Source of the DNA: a virus
Lineage: Duplodnaviria > Caudoviricetes
Reading direction: 5' to 3' (one strand)
DNA: 35,556 nt
IMG/VR virus record: IMGVR_UViG_3300025676_000048
Location: 1 to 35,556 of that record
This document shows, piece by piece, positions 35,159 through 35,556 of the stretch. Position numbers and translations under genes: made by a program. The notes under the pieces were generated by a model. The model was not told where the DNA came from, did no database searches, and was given only the letters and a program-made list of their open reading frames with translations. Position 1 is the first letter of the stretch. Every line of letters begins with the position of its first letter.

Positions 35159-35388
35159 ATTCCTACCTCCAATTTTATCCTATCGACACCGTTCTCTTGC
35201 AGCAAATATCCGCCGTTTTCCAACAGCAGAAACGAATCCGGCAACACGGGCAAAACAATCTCGTTAACTGCAATCGTGCCTGACATGCTGACTGCCACAT
35301 TGAGTGACATATCGAGCGCAATCTTGCTATCAATACTCGTCTTTTTGAGTGCCGGAGAAACATCGAGTTGTGCCGTTGCATTTGCCAC
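35155..35388 (-). CDS. Small adaptor protein with an LLLENG..LLQENG motif
   Basis: GTG start overlaps the TAG of the 642-aa gene (TAGTG). C-terminal FLLLENGGYLLQENGVDRIKLE. Confidence 0.75.
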   Translation of the reverse strand: MANATAQLDVSPALKKTSIDSKIALDMSLNVAVSMSGTIAVNEIVLPVLPDSFLLLENGGYLLQENGVDRIKLEVGI

Positions 35389-35556
35389 TAGAATCTCACC
35401 AACAGTTTATTGGTTGTCAGTGCTGTGCCGGCAAAGATCGACAGTTCACCCTCTCCAGTTTGCAATGCCCCATCGGGTGCTATCCACATTGGTGTTCCCG
35501 GCACTAGACCTGTATGCGTATTTTCAATTGACCCAACCGTGAGAATTAATGCAGAG
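35389..35556. repeat. Terminal direct repeat, right copy
   Basis: 167/168 identical to 1-168. Confidence 0.95.

Overview
The window looks like one complete, circularly permuted temperate tailed-phage genome of 35,388 bp. Positions 1-168 recur at 35389-35556 with one synonymous mismatch, and this overlap splits a 642-aa virion gene that the ORF track missed. The organisation is lambdoid. It includes a cI/cro switch with four 17-bp operators, an ERF/SSB/HU early operon, and xis-int next to an intact attP whose core is a tmRNA-type 3' end. It also has O/P-like replication genes with iterons, RusA, a probable cos site, TerS, a ParB-methyltransferase, lambda gpA-type TerL, portal, fused protease-capsid, a non-contractile tail with a -1 frameshift chaperone, many fibre/appendage genes and an M15 endolysin. 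Three signals stand out. (1) A C5 cytosine methyltransferase carries a second 394-codon gene in the +1 frame. That gene supplies the missing motif IX and an array of five W(P/A)TP cassettes joined by nucleotide repeats, suggesting a shufflable multispecific anti-restriction methylase. (2) Paired short N- and C-terminal docking motifs recur across six appendage proteins, suggesting a daisy-chain assembly code. (3) A repeat-rich, att-like non-coding island sits inside the late operon. All calls come from reading motifs and synteny by eye; no database searches were run. A Proteobacterial host is only an inference.
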